In this document: one piece after another, positions 1 to 11,045 of the stretch
Layout of the letters: each line of letters starts with the position of its first letter
Position numbering within the stretch: the stretch's first letter is position 1
From: Sphaerodactylus townsendi
Lineage: Eukaryota
Direction: 5' to 3'
NCBI RefSeq assembly: GCF_021028975.2
Contig: NC_059432.1
Location: 77,376,001-77,440,000, forward strand
DNA length: 64,000 bases
Notes under the pieces: generated by a model
The model's input: only the letters and a program-made list of their open reading frames with translations
Told to the model about the DNA's origin: nothing
Database searches by the model: none
Position numbers and translations under genes: made by a program

Positions 1-89
1 CCGGGACCGTTCATGCGAACGGTTCCGGGTGTGTGTGTCAGCGTTGTATACGCCGATGCACCCCCCAGCATGGCCGTGCGGAAACGGCC
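1..89. mobile_element. Right end of GC-rich PIF/Harbinger-like MITE (cut by window edge)
   Basis: Ends in ggccgtgcggaaacggcc, essentially the same TIR as 9224-9710 and 50016-50471; internal gaccgttc-atgc-gaacggtt hairpin. Confidence 0.75.
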
Positions 90-90
90 C

Positions 91-200
91 AAGTCTCTCT
101 GCCTAACTTACCTTCCAAGATAGGTCATGAGGAAACATGGTAATGAGATACCATCTTTGCTTTCCTGAATTATTTGGAGCAAGAGTACAAAGAGCATAAA
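91..200 (+). mobile_element. Decayed SINE 3' portion (Squam3-like)
   Basis: tctctctgcctaacttacc...gtcatgagg resembles the body of the SINE at 16010-16230. Confidence 0.35.
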
Positions 201-1059
201 TGGATCATAGTTTGTGCAACCAATGGCACCCAAGCAAAAACAAGGCATGTCACTATAAAGGCACAGCCCTTTGTTATGTGATGCCATATGAAGTGGTTTA
301 AACTTAATGCACTAAAATAAATTAAACTAAATTAAATTATGCTGAGGCAGAGGAGGGGTAAAATGGCCTTTCTTACTCTTTCATGCACACACATCTGCCA
401 GTGCCAACATTCCAGACATGTCCACACCTGAACTTTTAAGAATTGGGGGGTTAGAATGACATTTTCAGTTATTTGATTGTAAACTCAAATTTGTCTTAGG
501 TGGCTAGATTACATTTTGAACACTTGTTTTTCAACAGAGTGGCACTGTTTTTTATACAGATAATTACAAAATTGAAATTTTCTAATAGAAGGGATATCTA
601 TTCCATGAAGGGCTAGTATTTCTTTAACATATATTAATCTAAAGTTAATTTTGGAAAGTAAATTTCATTTAGAATCCATCAGAACATAATAATTGAACAG
701 CAGATTGTTCTAGTTCTTCAAATATTTTTGATGAACTGGCTCATTTTGTTTCAAGTCACGTCCAGAACTGGAAATAACAATTTTGAATTAGTCATTATTA
801 AAGTTTACCTACATTCTAACTAGAAGGAGATTGGGAACAAACCATACTTTGTTCCAAAAGCAGCAAACAGTAACTAGAAAAGATGTGAATCACGATTTTT
901 TTGCAATGAAATCCTTGGAAGAGTTATCACTTTTAGCTTCATAAGAAGCCTATGAATTTAGAAGAGTGTGACTTTGTTTAGGATATATTTGTTTATTAAA
1001 AACCTTTCTATGTCACCTTTCCACTAAGCTTAAGATCCTCAAGGTAGCAACTAGTCTTG

Positions 1060-1480
1060 CAGCCCCATCCAAAGCCCTGACCACAAAACACAATGCCACA
1101 ATGGTGCCACCCAACCACCTCCAAGAAAGCTTTCCAGTGGCACAGGGAGTCAAACAACAAAGAAAAAAACCCGTCACTGGACAGCCCTCCATTGGGCTCC
1201 ATGGACTTATACACCCGAAAGGGTGGTGTAAGTCTGGAAGCCAGAGCCATGCCATCATTGTTGCAAACCCAGGGTGGAAGCCAACTGCCATGCCCTCACT
1301 GCACCAATGTGGGTACCGGCAGCATGGCAGTGCTGCTGTAGAGCTGGGCACTGCATCCAGGCATCACAGGGCACAGAAAAGGCCACCCACCAGCATTTCT
1401 GACTTTCTGTTGGAGTAAGTACCCCAGGGAAGGAAAATCTGCTAGTGTGGGCATGCACTGCATCCACAGTGTGATTCAGG
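1060..1480 (+). mobile_element. Unclassified non-autonomous repeat (cagccc.atcc end); paralog at 46676-47047
   Basis: Shares cctccaaga.agctttccagtgg...caaacaacaaag.aaaaa...ccattgggc...ggactta...ttgttgcaaacc with the reverse complement of 46850-47047. Confidence 0.65.
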
Positions 1481-2456
1481 CCCTACCCTTTGGAAAAGGC
1501 TGAAAACCATTAAAATAAGTTTTGGAAATATATAATACAAAAAAAATGACAAATGAAACACATATACAGTTAGAACACATACACAGGAATAAAGGTCAAT
1601 GAGGAAATGCCAGCTGAAACAGGTTCTACACACTGACAGAAGACAATGATAGAGGGGATAGACAGATCGTCCTCGGGATGGAATTTCATAATTTTGGTAC
1701 TACAAGTGAAATGCTTGAGGGTTCCCTACCATGCAAGTTGGTCTGGTCCAGTGGCCACCACCACACAACTGGGACATAGTTTTCCTAGGTAAAGGCTATT
1801 GGGGGGAATGCTGAAGACAGAGAAGTAGATAAATGTAGGTTGACTGTTGAGCAGGCAAGAAAGAAGGAAGTAGGAAAAAGGGAAAGACTATAAGGCTAGC
1901 ATGAAAGGAAAAGAGGAATATAATGGGGAACAAGGAAATGAGGTTCTTCCCACAAGTCCTCTTGGGTTCCCACTTCTTAATTACCAAATTTGTGCCAAAA
2001 CGTAAACAATGTTTAGCCCATAAATTTGTTGTCAAGATGAGCCCTGGAAGGACTCTATAGAAAATGTAGAAAATGTCTTTCCTCAATTCTGAATAAATGC
2101 AGTCTTTTTAACAATTCAGAAGCAGGTTGTCTGTGGGTAGAAACTGGACAAGATATCCAAACATAAGAGCAGAGCCTGAAGAATTTTTTTTTTAAGGGAA
2201 AACCCTTCTCTTCTGATTTTGTCATTGCTGCTTTTATCTGATTCTAGCCTCTTAAAAAATAAAGTGTTTATAAAATTAACTAAAACAGTGGCAAAATAAT
2301 TTTCATTTCAACATTTTCAGCTACCCAACCCATACAAAACAATTTTAAAATCTGATCCATTTGTGCAAGAAGGCAATGCTGAGGTTACAGAATGTACCAA
2401 ATAATTTCAGATTTCAGGACCCAATGACAGAAATCATCTTTTGGAGTGTTCTCTAT

Positions 2457-2919
2457 GGCTTTTTCCGCACACATACGGAAACACACCTCCACTGGCATGA
2501 GGTATGCCGGTGGAGGCTCAGGGACCGTTCGCACGCTAGCGTGCGCACAGCTCTGACTTCCCCTGCAGCCAGAGAAGTGGTTCCGTGTGGAGCTGCCTCT
2601 CGGTGGTCCCCCTCCGCTCACCTTCTTGTGCAGCATCCCTCTGGAGGATTGCAGAGACCCGTCCACGCCAGAGGTCACAGGGAAGCGTGGGTGGGTCTCT
2701 GCAACCCTCCAGAGGGACGCTGTACAAGAAAGTGAGTGGAGCCAATGGGGAAAGCAACGGCTTCCCGGTGGTGCGGTTTGTACTGTGCCGCCGGGAAGAC
2801 ACTGTTTATCGATAACCTCGCTCAATGTGGTGTTCAGGGGTGGCTTCATGCCACCTGGGGAAAGCCAGGATGTTTTTGCCATCCCTGGGATGCTGTATTT
2901 GGCCCGTGAGGAAAAGGCC
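2457..2919. mobile_element. PIF/Harbinger-like MITE
   Basis: TIRs ggctttttccgcac / gtgaggaaaaggcc; flanks tat / (t)tat; internal inverted repeat ccctctggaggattgcagagaccc / gggtctctgcaaccctccagaggg. Confidence 0.75.
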
Positions 2920-3148
2920 TTATATTGAAAACTCCATACAAAAAGAACTAGCACAGCAAACACCAAATAGGGTTGACTATCAAGAAACTGAGTTCCACTA
3001 TGCAGTTACTTGCCTTTTCATACATTGATTCAGGTTTTATGGCCTACATTAAAATTATAATGGAATTTAACAGTTTTGTACTTGCAATATAGCACAGCCC
3101 TAACCTTTTGAAACTGAGATAAAGGACCAGGTGAAACATGGTTTAAAG

Positions 3149-3630
3149 CAGCGATGGCGAACCTTTTCAAGACCAAGTGCCCAAATTGCAACCCAAAACC
3201 CACTTATTTATCGCAAAGTGCCAACACGGTAATTTAACCTGAATACTCAGGTTTTTGTTTAGAAAAAACGGTTGGCTCCGAGGCGTGCGTTACTCAGTAG
3301 TAAGCTTGGTGTCAATGGCTTTGCTTTGAAGCATCCATGCAACTCTTCCAACGGGTGAATGGCGACCCTAGGAGGGTTTACTCAGAAGCGAGCCCCATTG
3401 CCAGCAACCGAGCTTACTTCCAGGTAAAGGATTGTTCTTTAGTTTAACAGCGCTTAACAAAGTTACCTAAACTACTTCCCCAAAACTAGATCTTAGGTTT
3501 AATGCTAATAATCGAGCCCAGCGGCCCAGGCCAGTCTAGATGTGTGGAGGGGGCACTCTGTTTGTGTGTGCCCACAGAAAGGGCTCTGAGTGCCACCTCT
3601 GGCACCCGTGCCATTGGTTCACTATCACTG
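3149..3630. mobile_element. Non-autonomous hAT (Charlie-group-like) transposon
   Basis: Perfect 8-bp TSD gtttaaag (3141-3148, 3631-3638); TIRs cagcgatggcgaacc / ggttcactatcactg. Confidence 0.9.
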
Positions 3631-3644
3631 GTTTAAAGCTTGAT

Positions 3645-3818
3645 TCCTTAGGCCTTCAAGGTGACTTCAAGGAGCCACCACAGTTCCCCTGAGAAAAGGC
3701 AGTTTTGAATGGCAGATTCTATGCTATCACACCTTTAATGAAATCCTTTTTCTGTGCCCTCCCCAGGAATAACCTCCAAATCTCCAAGGATTTCCCAAGC
3801 CAGAGTAGGCAACCCTAG
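3645..3818 (-). mobile_element. agggttgcc-TIR interspersed repeat
   Basis: Ends ggcaacccta; ctccaaatctccaaggatttccc matches the copies at 4060, 48183, 52883, 53365 and 62000. Confidence 0.65.
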
Positions 3819-4059
3819 CAATAAAAGCAGGAGCCTTTCTCTTTGCTGTGCTTGGATACTTTGTTAGAGTGGCATTTTTTATGTGAAGGAAAACTCAATG
3901 CTGGAACCATAAACTGAAGTCTGAGATGGTATCATCTGTACCACCACTTCAGAGCTCCAACATCTACTTCCAACTTTATTTTGCTGCATGTGTGTACCAG
4001 GCGTAAGGCTTAAAGTTGCTTTTACAGTTAGACAATAATTTGTGTCAATAACTTCAAAT

Positions 4060-4215
4060 AGCATTGGCAGTTTGAGTTGGGAAATTCCTGGAGATTTCAG
4101 GATGGAGCTTGGTGGGGCATGGTTTGGGGAAGAGAGCACCTAAGCACATTATAATGCCACAGAGCCTATCTTTCAAAGCCCTGGGAATGGGTTTCACTTA
4201 TTACCACCTATCCTG
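4060..4215 (+). mobile_element. agggttgcc-TIR interspersed repeat
   Basis: gttgggaaattcctggagattt...ggtttgggga...ataatgccacagag; same family as 48183 and 52883. Confidence 0.6.
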
Positions 4216-5478
4216 GTAATTGTTAGGTGAGGTGGGCATGGACTTCTACCTACTCAAGTTTCTACAGTCTGTATTTCCTATATCCTGGTAAATTAGTTAC
4301 CCATCCTCTTGGGGTTTTCAACCTGGAGGACATTGTGCTATGAAGGAAACTACAACAAATCTCCTTGGTTGGCTCCATCCATCTGCAAAGGCCTTTCAAA
4401 CCTGGTGATGTACCACAGTAATTGTGGTACTGAATTGCATGGCTTTCTCTGACATCTCTGCAGTGCTTGCAGAGGCCCAGCAGAGCTGGAGAGAGGCTTT
4501 TATAGTCTTTGTGAGTGGATGGGGCCACACTGACTACAACAGCTAGTCAATTCTAGCCCAGTAATATTTACTTGCAACCAGACTAGTTGCACCATGGAGC
4601 TGAAGCCTGACCCACATGGCTCCTCTCCCCATCATGATTATTTCTCTTGCCCTTGCAGAAACTAGGTAGCCCAACTGTATGATTTAGGGCTGATTTGGGG
4701 GGGGGGGAATGCAGGGGAAAAAACAGCCAAGAGTTCTATAGTAACTTTTGTTTCCAAGATAAATTGTCCTGTGAAAACTAGTGGTAAATTGGCCCTTCCT
4801 GCGAGTGCTGGTGCTTCTTTGTGGATACTGGGATTCTTTTTCCTTTGAGAACAAAACCTACAAAACTGTTTTCATCTAAAATAGTACTGAAAACTGAAAC
4901 AGGGGAACTCTCCAATTATTTAACCTTTGCACTGGAGGGTTACATTTCCTGTCAAAATGAGATTTCCAGCCTCACATGTAAAGGTTATCACAGGCAGTGA
5001 TAGCCTTTCAAACAATCAGACCACCTGCCAAATACAGGGTGTTCAGAAGTTTGACAGTTGCTGCAGTGATCCTGCTCGTGCATGAAAATGGCTTTATCAG
5101 TCCTGTAATTAGAAATGAAATAGCCTTAACCGGTTTCAATTCAGCTTGACTTTCAAAGAGGTTCCAGTTTCACATAACTTCATATAAACAGAGAACCAGA
5201 AGACAGAACCAGATACCATAGTTCCTGCTTACTAATTGCCATAAAGCAGAGCCATCTGCTTTATACAAAGCCTAGGTCAGGTAAGTCCTCTAAAATATGA
5301 CCTTTGAGACGTAGTGGGACTTGTTTTTGATTAAAGGAAGGTTTGTTAGGAGGCTATTGTGCACTTACTTTGTACAAAAAAGAGGCTTTTTAAAAATGTT
5401 AAGCATTTATTATTTCCCCTCCAACATAAAATATTCTCTACACAGATTTACGCAGTGAGTAGAGGACAAAAACGATTT

Positions 5479-5626
5479 CAGGGGTAGGGAACCTGCGGCT
5501 CTCCAGATGTTCAGGAACTACAATTCCCATCAGCCCCTGCCAGCATGGCCAATTGGCCATGCTGGCAGGGGCTGATGGGAATTGTAGTTCCTGAACATCT
5601 GGAGAGCCGCAGGTTCCCTACCCCAG
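5479..5626. mobile_element. Palindromic hAT-type MITE
   Basis: 5481-5624 is a perfect 144-bp palindrome centred on ggccaattggcc; starts caggggtagggaacct. Confidence 0.85.
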
Positions 5627-5699
5627 GGCTATATGAATATTCATTAGCTGTCCCTAGGAAAGTCATTCTCTTTCAGACTCAGCAATGTTCTCTGCAATA

Positions 5700-5775
5700 C
5701 AGAGCCCTTTGCAGAGCTCTTTGGGGATAGGGCGTGGGCGGTATACCAAATCAAATAAATAAAATAAAAATAAAA
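5700..5775 (+). mobile_element. Short L2-type 3' tail
   Basis: ggggatagggc...ggcggtata followed by (A)nT repeats; same tail motif as 10180-10243. Confidence 0.55.
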
Positions 5776-7199
5776 TATGGATGACAATACTGATCTTTGT
5801 TGTGGAGCTGTTGTAAGGAACACAAGAAAATGGCTCAGAACCTTTGCAAACACTGGCAAAAGTAGACCTCCTCCCCCTTTCCCCAGTGGTGCACTGTGGA
5901 CTTGTTAGTGGCCTTGATGGTGGAGGAGGATGCAGCCTGGCACATTTGGGATTCTTTGCAGAGCCAAGCAACATCTGTTCTCTTTGGAGGACCATTTAGT
6001 CTTTTGTTTAAACTAACATTCAGAGCAAGGGAAGTCTGTGCTACACACACCTATTGCCCGTGTTCCCTCATGAACATGCACAGTTTACTAGGTGCAGGTT
6101 GGAAAACACAGATCTCCATTAAAATGTACCACTTCAGTGTGTCACTTTAGATGTCTTCAGTGCATTAAAAAGAGGCTTTCTTCACTCTGGCAATAAAATA
6201 TTACACACCTAAGTGATTTATGTTAAAGAGATTTTTCCTAAATACAGCTCTAAAATATGAAAAGAACTAATCGTTGAAGAGTTGTTTGATTTTTATGGTA
6301 TGATAGTGTAGTGCTAAGAAAAAGTTCCAGTCAATGTTAGCTTTTTACATTCCTTTCTCACTTCTCCCTCCGACCCCCAGCAAGACTTTGGTGCTTAGGA
6401 TCTTTGATGGCCTCAGTGTACTTTTTTAAAAAATGTAAGCATGCAGTGCAAGATGTTCCTAGATAAATAGTTACTTCAGAAGGAGTGGGGACCCCTTCTT
6501 GTTAAGAATTTTTAATGATAAAAAGTTGCTTGCATTCCTTAAAAAAGTCCAGTGCCTTGACATTTGTACGACTAGTCTCCTTCTTTTTTAAACTTGTATT
6601 TTTCATTCTCGTTTTACCGTGGGCTTCCTCTCCATCTTAGATCTATCCTACTACTAGGCTCTTTGAACATAACAAAATTAAGAATTCGAGGCAATAATTT
6701 AGTGTTACCTTACTTTCCCTGTGTGGTGAATAGCAAGTTGCAATTGTTACTTCCCTTTGTATATAAGCAAAACCTGGGAATCTTCACCCATTATAAGTGT
6801 TAACTGTCTTAATATACAGTATGGCTGGAAGCTTTATGTAATGAAGAATTTCTATCGATTGTTCTTTTCTGTTTTCACTGAATTTTTCCAAAATAACTTT
6901 TATTTTTGTTTGATTGTTTTCCTTTTTTCTCTTCTTTCTCTTCTTTTCTTTTTCTTTTCTTTCTTTTATCTAACTAAAACTGATATGTTTATTGGCATCA
7001 TTGTTATATTTTTCTGTTCTTGTGACTGTGTATTTTAAAGTTTGTCTTTTCTTAAATAAAGATTGTTTTAATTTTAAAAAAATGTATAACTAATGGAAGG
7101 TTTTCATTTTTAAATTGCATTTTGTATTATACTTTGTTCTATACATGTTGTATTTCATAGATCCTCAATGCTTCTGTTTGTTTTCTTCCCATACACCCT

Positions 7200-7312
7200 T
7201 TACATGAAATATCTGCAGTGAGGAATCATTCATTGCATTTGAGAAAATGGGCTCCATAAAAACCTATGCTTGAAATAAGATGTCAAAATTGTCTTTAAGG
7301 TGTCACTAGACC
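7200..7312 (+). mobile_element. Decayed Penelope-like terminal repeat remnant
   Basis: gtctttaaggtgtcactagac matches the end of 27082-27266. Confidence 0.4.
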
Positions 7313-7464
7313 CTAAACAAATAGAATGTTTGTGTTGTTGTTTTTTAATAAAACACATATTGCAGTTTTGAATGCTATTTTACCAAAGGGTCAGAGCTGA
7401 GCTTTGAGTTTCATTATGAACGTTACTTGCTGTTTGTTAGGCTCACATAAATTGTCTTGAACTG

Positions 7465-7630
7465 AGACAGATCTTGGTCTATTAAGGTCCCAACAGTGTG
7501 CTCTGACTGACAGTGGCTCTTTAGGGTCTCAGATAGAGTTCTTCCAACTACTACTACCAACTACTACTTGGAGATTCCAGAAACTGCAACTAGAAACACT
7601 TGCATGCAAAGCAGATACTCTACAAGAAGC
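7465..7630 (-). mobile_element. Decayed tRNA-derived SINE (Squam2-like)
   Basis: tgcatgcaaagcagatactctac and ctctgactgacagtggctct resemble the reverse complement of a squamate tRNA-SINE head and body. Confidence 0.5.
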
Positions 7631-7649
7631 TTGGAGGTTTTTATAAATA

Positions 7650-7845
7650 TGTGAGAGCTAGTTGTAGCGACTTAGTGGAGAGAAATCCTTTGAATATCTT
7701 CTGTATTGCCATGAACTTGCTGGGGTTTGAACCACTGTCTCATCCTCAGATTCTCTTCCCCCTATGATATGAGGATTATAGTGCTGACCTACTTTGCTGG
7801 AGTTCTATAAGAATGGCTAACCAGATGAATGTGAAGTACTTAGAA
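7650..7845 (+). mobile_element. MIR/CORE-like SINE, decayed
   Basis: cctcagattctcttcccctatgatatgaggattatag...acctac...gaatgtgaagtacttagaa follows the MIR core and tail pattern. Confidence 0.5.
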
Positions 7846-8924
7846 GATGAATTCTTTTTGGATATCAGTTGGATGTTCATGTTTGCAGTAAAAGGACGTA
7901 CAAGATTTCAGAGCTCTAGCCAGGATTATAGCAGCACAACAGCAGACAAGTAGTACAATTGATGATAACAGGCAAAAAGAGCATAGCAAAGAACCTGGGA
8001 AGTGGTGCACAGAATCTCAAAGGAATTATATATAAGAGCAAAAGATGGGATGTGGAAGAATTTTGAAAGCCTTAGATAAGAAGACAGCCTGAAAAGAGTG
8101 CTGCCAGGTACAGTCCTATCAAATGGATAGTCCAGTGTTATCTTTTGCAAATTTATTTTGTGCATCTCATTAAAAACCTGTGTATGCAACTGCAAGATTT
8201 CATGTGCACAACTGAGTTCTGAGATCCTGGTTTTGGGAAGCGTTTCAAGGCTCTCAATGAGTCTTCACTCCTTCCAATTGTTGTCAACATTGCACAGGCT
8301 TCAAGTTCTTCGTCTGAAGTCAGAAAAAAAATATTGCAACCCCCCAACAGAAAGTGTCTTTTTAGCATCCTTCTCCCACAATATTGGCATAAAACTGGAA
8401 CAGTACTGGAAAATATATATTAAGAATCTCATGTCCTGAGTCAATTATTCATGCTTCTAAAACCAAACAGATATACCAACCTAAATTAGTTTAATATTTT
8501 ATGTAAATTCTGTTAAAACAATACCTTGATTACACAATACATTTTTCTTGATTTTAAAAAAAATGCTTATTCTTGTGCTAGCCAGAAGAGGTCACTCTTT
8601 CACTTTCATCATCCTGCCCTACTATGCGTCAAGTCATCTACTTTTAAAACAATTCTCTCCTATTGACTGGTTAAATACAGTCTGCTTTCTTCTGACTGTT
8701 CTGTTTAAGGAGTGCACTTTTCTGTGTGGTTTAGTGGCACACTGATGTGTTAACTGAGCCTTTAACTTTTATACTTGTATTGATGGGTCCTGTAGGAAAT
8801 CTGAAGAATGGCTATGATTAGAGCCATGTGATCCATCAAGGAAGTGCCACAAAATACCAAGCATCATAAAGACAATTATACAAATCTGTAATAAGTTAAA
8901 TTTAGAACACCATGCACATTACTG

Positions 8925-9200
8925 TTTGTGTCCCCTTTCAAAAGATACAGTCATAACTGGAAAGGTACACAAAAATGACACAAATATCAGAGCATCTTGC
9001 CTATAAAGAAAGACCAAGAGGTTGGGTATTGTAAGCTCAGAAAGAAAACCCCACAGTGGAAACAATAGCATTAGTATATTCAAATATGCTATAGTTAGAA
9101 ATAGTGATTACTTCTCCTTTATGACATCACAACTTGGAGTTCTCCAGGGAAATTAATTGGCAAGAAATTCAGGATAGGCAAGAGAAAGTTCTTTACATGA
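8925..9200 (+). mobile_element. Decayed CR1 LINE 3' fragment
   Basis: aactggaaaggtacac...gagcatcttgcctataaagaaagac resembles the CR1 ORF2 end (LERVQ...LPYEERL). Confidence 0.5.
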
Positions 9201-9207
9201 TCATGGT

Positions 9208-9862
9208 TTCAGAGAGTAGCTGTGGCTGTTTCCGCACGGCCGCCATGCGCCCCCACGCCGCTAAGAGTTCTGCCGGCGTGGGGGCGCAAGCCCGTTCGCA
9301 CGCAAGCGTGCGAGCAGGCCAAGCAGAGCCCCTCGCGAGGAGAGGCGGCTCCGCGACGGAGTCGCCTCTTCATCACGATGTCTCAGCCAGCCGCCTGCTG
9401 GCCGTGGAAGCCCCGTCCACGCTGCCCTCCGACCCCTAGAGGTTGGAGGACAGTGTGGGCGGGGGTTCCACGGCCAGCAGGCGACGACGGAGACATCGTG
9501 AGTGGGGCGGAGAAGGGAGACAGCGTCTTCCCCCCCAACAACAACCCTTTAAAGGGTTGTTGTTTAGGGCGGCCTGACGCCGCCCTGGGGGGGGAGCGCA
9601 GTCAGGTCGGCGCTGCTGCGTTGCAGCAGCGCCGCCTGTGCGAATGGTGGCCTGGGGGCGGCGTTTTTACCGCCCCCAGGCCGTCGTTTTTGGGCCGTGC
9701 AGAAACGGCCTGTGTTAGTCTGTAGTAGAAAAGCTAGATTTGAATCCAGTGTTACCTTAGGGACCAACATTATTTGGGGGGTATGAAGTTTTGAGAGTCA
9801 AATTTCCCTTAACTCTTGAAAGCTTATAACCTGAAATTCTTGTTGGTCTCTGAGCTGTTGCT
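9208..9862. mobile_element. Fold-back Penelope-like terminal repeat (second family), interrupted by a Harbinger MITE
   Basis: cagagagtagctgt|gttagtctgtagtagaaaagctagatt...ccttagggaccaac, then the inverted arm gttggtctctgag...aatctagctc. Confidence 0.6.
9224..9710. mobile_element. PIF/Harbinger-like MITE
   Basis: TIRs ggctgtttccgcacggcc / ggccgtgcagaaacggcc; 3-bp TSD tgt on both sides; several internal hairpins. Confidence 0.88.
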
Positions 9863-9879
9863 GAACTGGAATCTAGCTC

Positions 9880-10243
9880 TTGACATGATCTTTATTTTAT
9901 CGAGTCACCAACCGGCCGCTGATGGTGCCTCCCCCTTTCATGGCCCTCTGCCTCATGGCCCTCTACATCTGGGACCTGCCATTCCTCCCTCTTGGGGAGA
10001 GGATTTCAAATACGGAGCAGCTGGATGCCATTTATATTTATTATTGTATTTTTATTGTATTATATTTATTATTGTATTTTTATTGTATTTTATTGTATTG
10101 TATTTATAAGACTTAGCTTTTACTGTTTTATCGCAGCTTTTAAAGATTTTGCCATTTTATTATGTTTATTGTTGTACACCGCCCGGAGCCCCTCGGGGAT
10201 AGGGCGGTATAAAAATCTAATAAATAAATAAATAAATAAAAAA
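9880..10243 (+). mobile_element. Young 5'-truncated LINE (L2-type) 3' UTR with (AAAT)n tail
   Basis: cgcccggagccctcggggatagggcgg terminal stem-loop plus aataaataaata tail; CpGs retained. Confidence 0.65.
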
Positions 10244-10339
10244 TACAGTGATGTGTTTTTGCTTTTTTATCAAAAAAGCTTACACCATTCTGTGGAAGAT
10301 GGAAATATAATTGTCAATTTATCATGATATAATATAATC

Positions 10340-10505
10340 ACAGAGTCCCCATGTTCAGCAGTAATACAACACTTATTACCAAAGTGGAAGTGACCATCAC
10401 CATCCTATTCCGTCCTTGCTTCCCAGGGACATCACCTTGGCCACTGCTGGAGGTAAAATGATAGTTTCAATGTCCTTCAGTCAGTAGGGCTATTCTCATG
10501 TTATG
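10340..10505 (+). mobile_element. Decayed CR1 3' UTR
   Basis: ttggccactgctgg...agggctattctcatgttatg resembles the CR1 terminus. Confidence 0.45.
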
Positions 10506-10574
10506 TCCTTACCTCTTCCCAATAACTGGAACCCAGAGAAATTCAAAGTGAGTGGAGTATGCTCTTTCCCCTGG

Positions 10575-11045
10575 CATTTATTTACAATAACCAAGGTTTG
10601 AGGGGTAGTAATGCTGATATGGATGCCTACCAACAATAACAGTAAATTAAAAATAATAAAACTGCAGCAGATAAACTTAATAATTATATCTAACCATAAA
10701 TGATGTCACATTAAAAATATCACCCTGTATTAAAATCAGATAATGACCCTACAGAAAATCCATATAAACTTGCTGTCCTCAACTATGGACCATGTGGAAC
10801 AACTCAGTTTTACAGACTCAAAAGAACTGTACCTTATCTTTAGGAGCTGAGGTCTCCTTTGATTGTGAGCTTCACTAGGCCAGGCCATAGCTGAAAAGGA
10901 TCTGACCTTAGTCAAAGACAGCTAGATGGCCTTCAGGCCAGTGACTACCAGTAAGTTTCCTTCAGATGAGCACAGGGCTCTTTGGAAGGTATTTTGGAGA
11001 AGGCGGTTCCAAAGATATAAAGACCCCAGACCTTTTAGGGAACGG
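10575..11045 (-). mobile_element. Decayed L2 LINE 3' fragment
   Basis: aggcggttccaaagatataaagaccccagaccttttaggg is the reverse complement of the L2 ALxGLGPxYLxxRL region; A-rich reversed UTR. Confidence 0.55.

Noticed and set aside
2385-2966. 193-aa ORF, the longest in the track, and overlapping ORFs
   Set aside because: Lies over a GC-rich MITE; open in several frames on both strands because stops are rare; no recognisable domain
9134-9770. ORFs of 68-167 aa (likewise 24482-25025, 40461-41067, 49973-50582, 51900-52272)
   Set aside because: Same MITE-derived artefact; shared peptides reflect repeat paralogy
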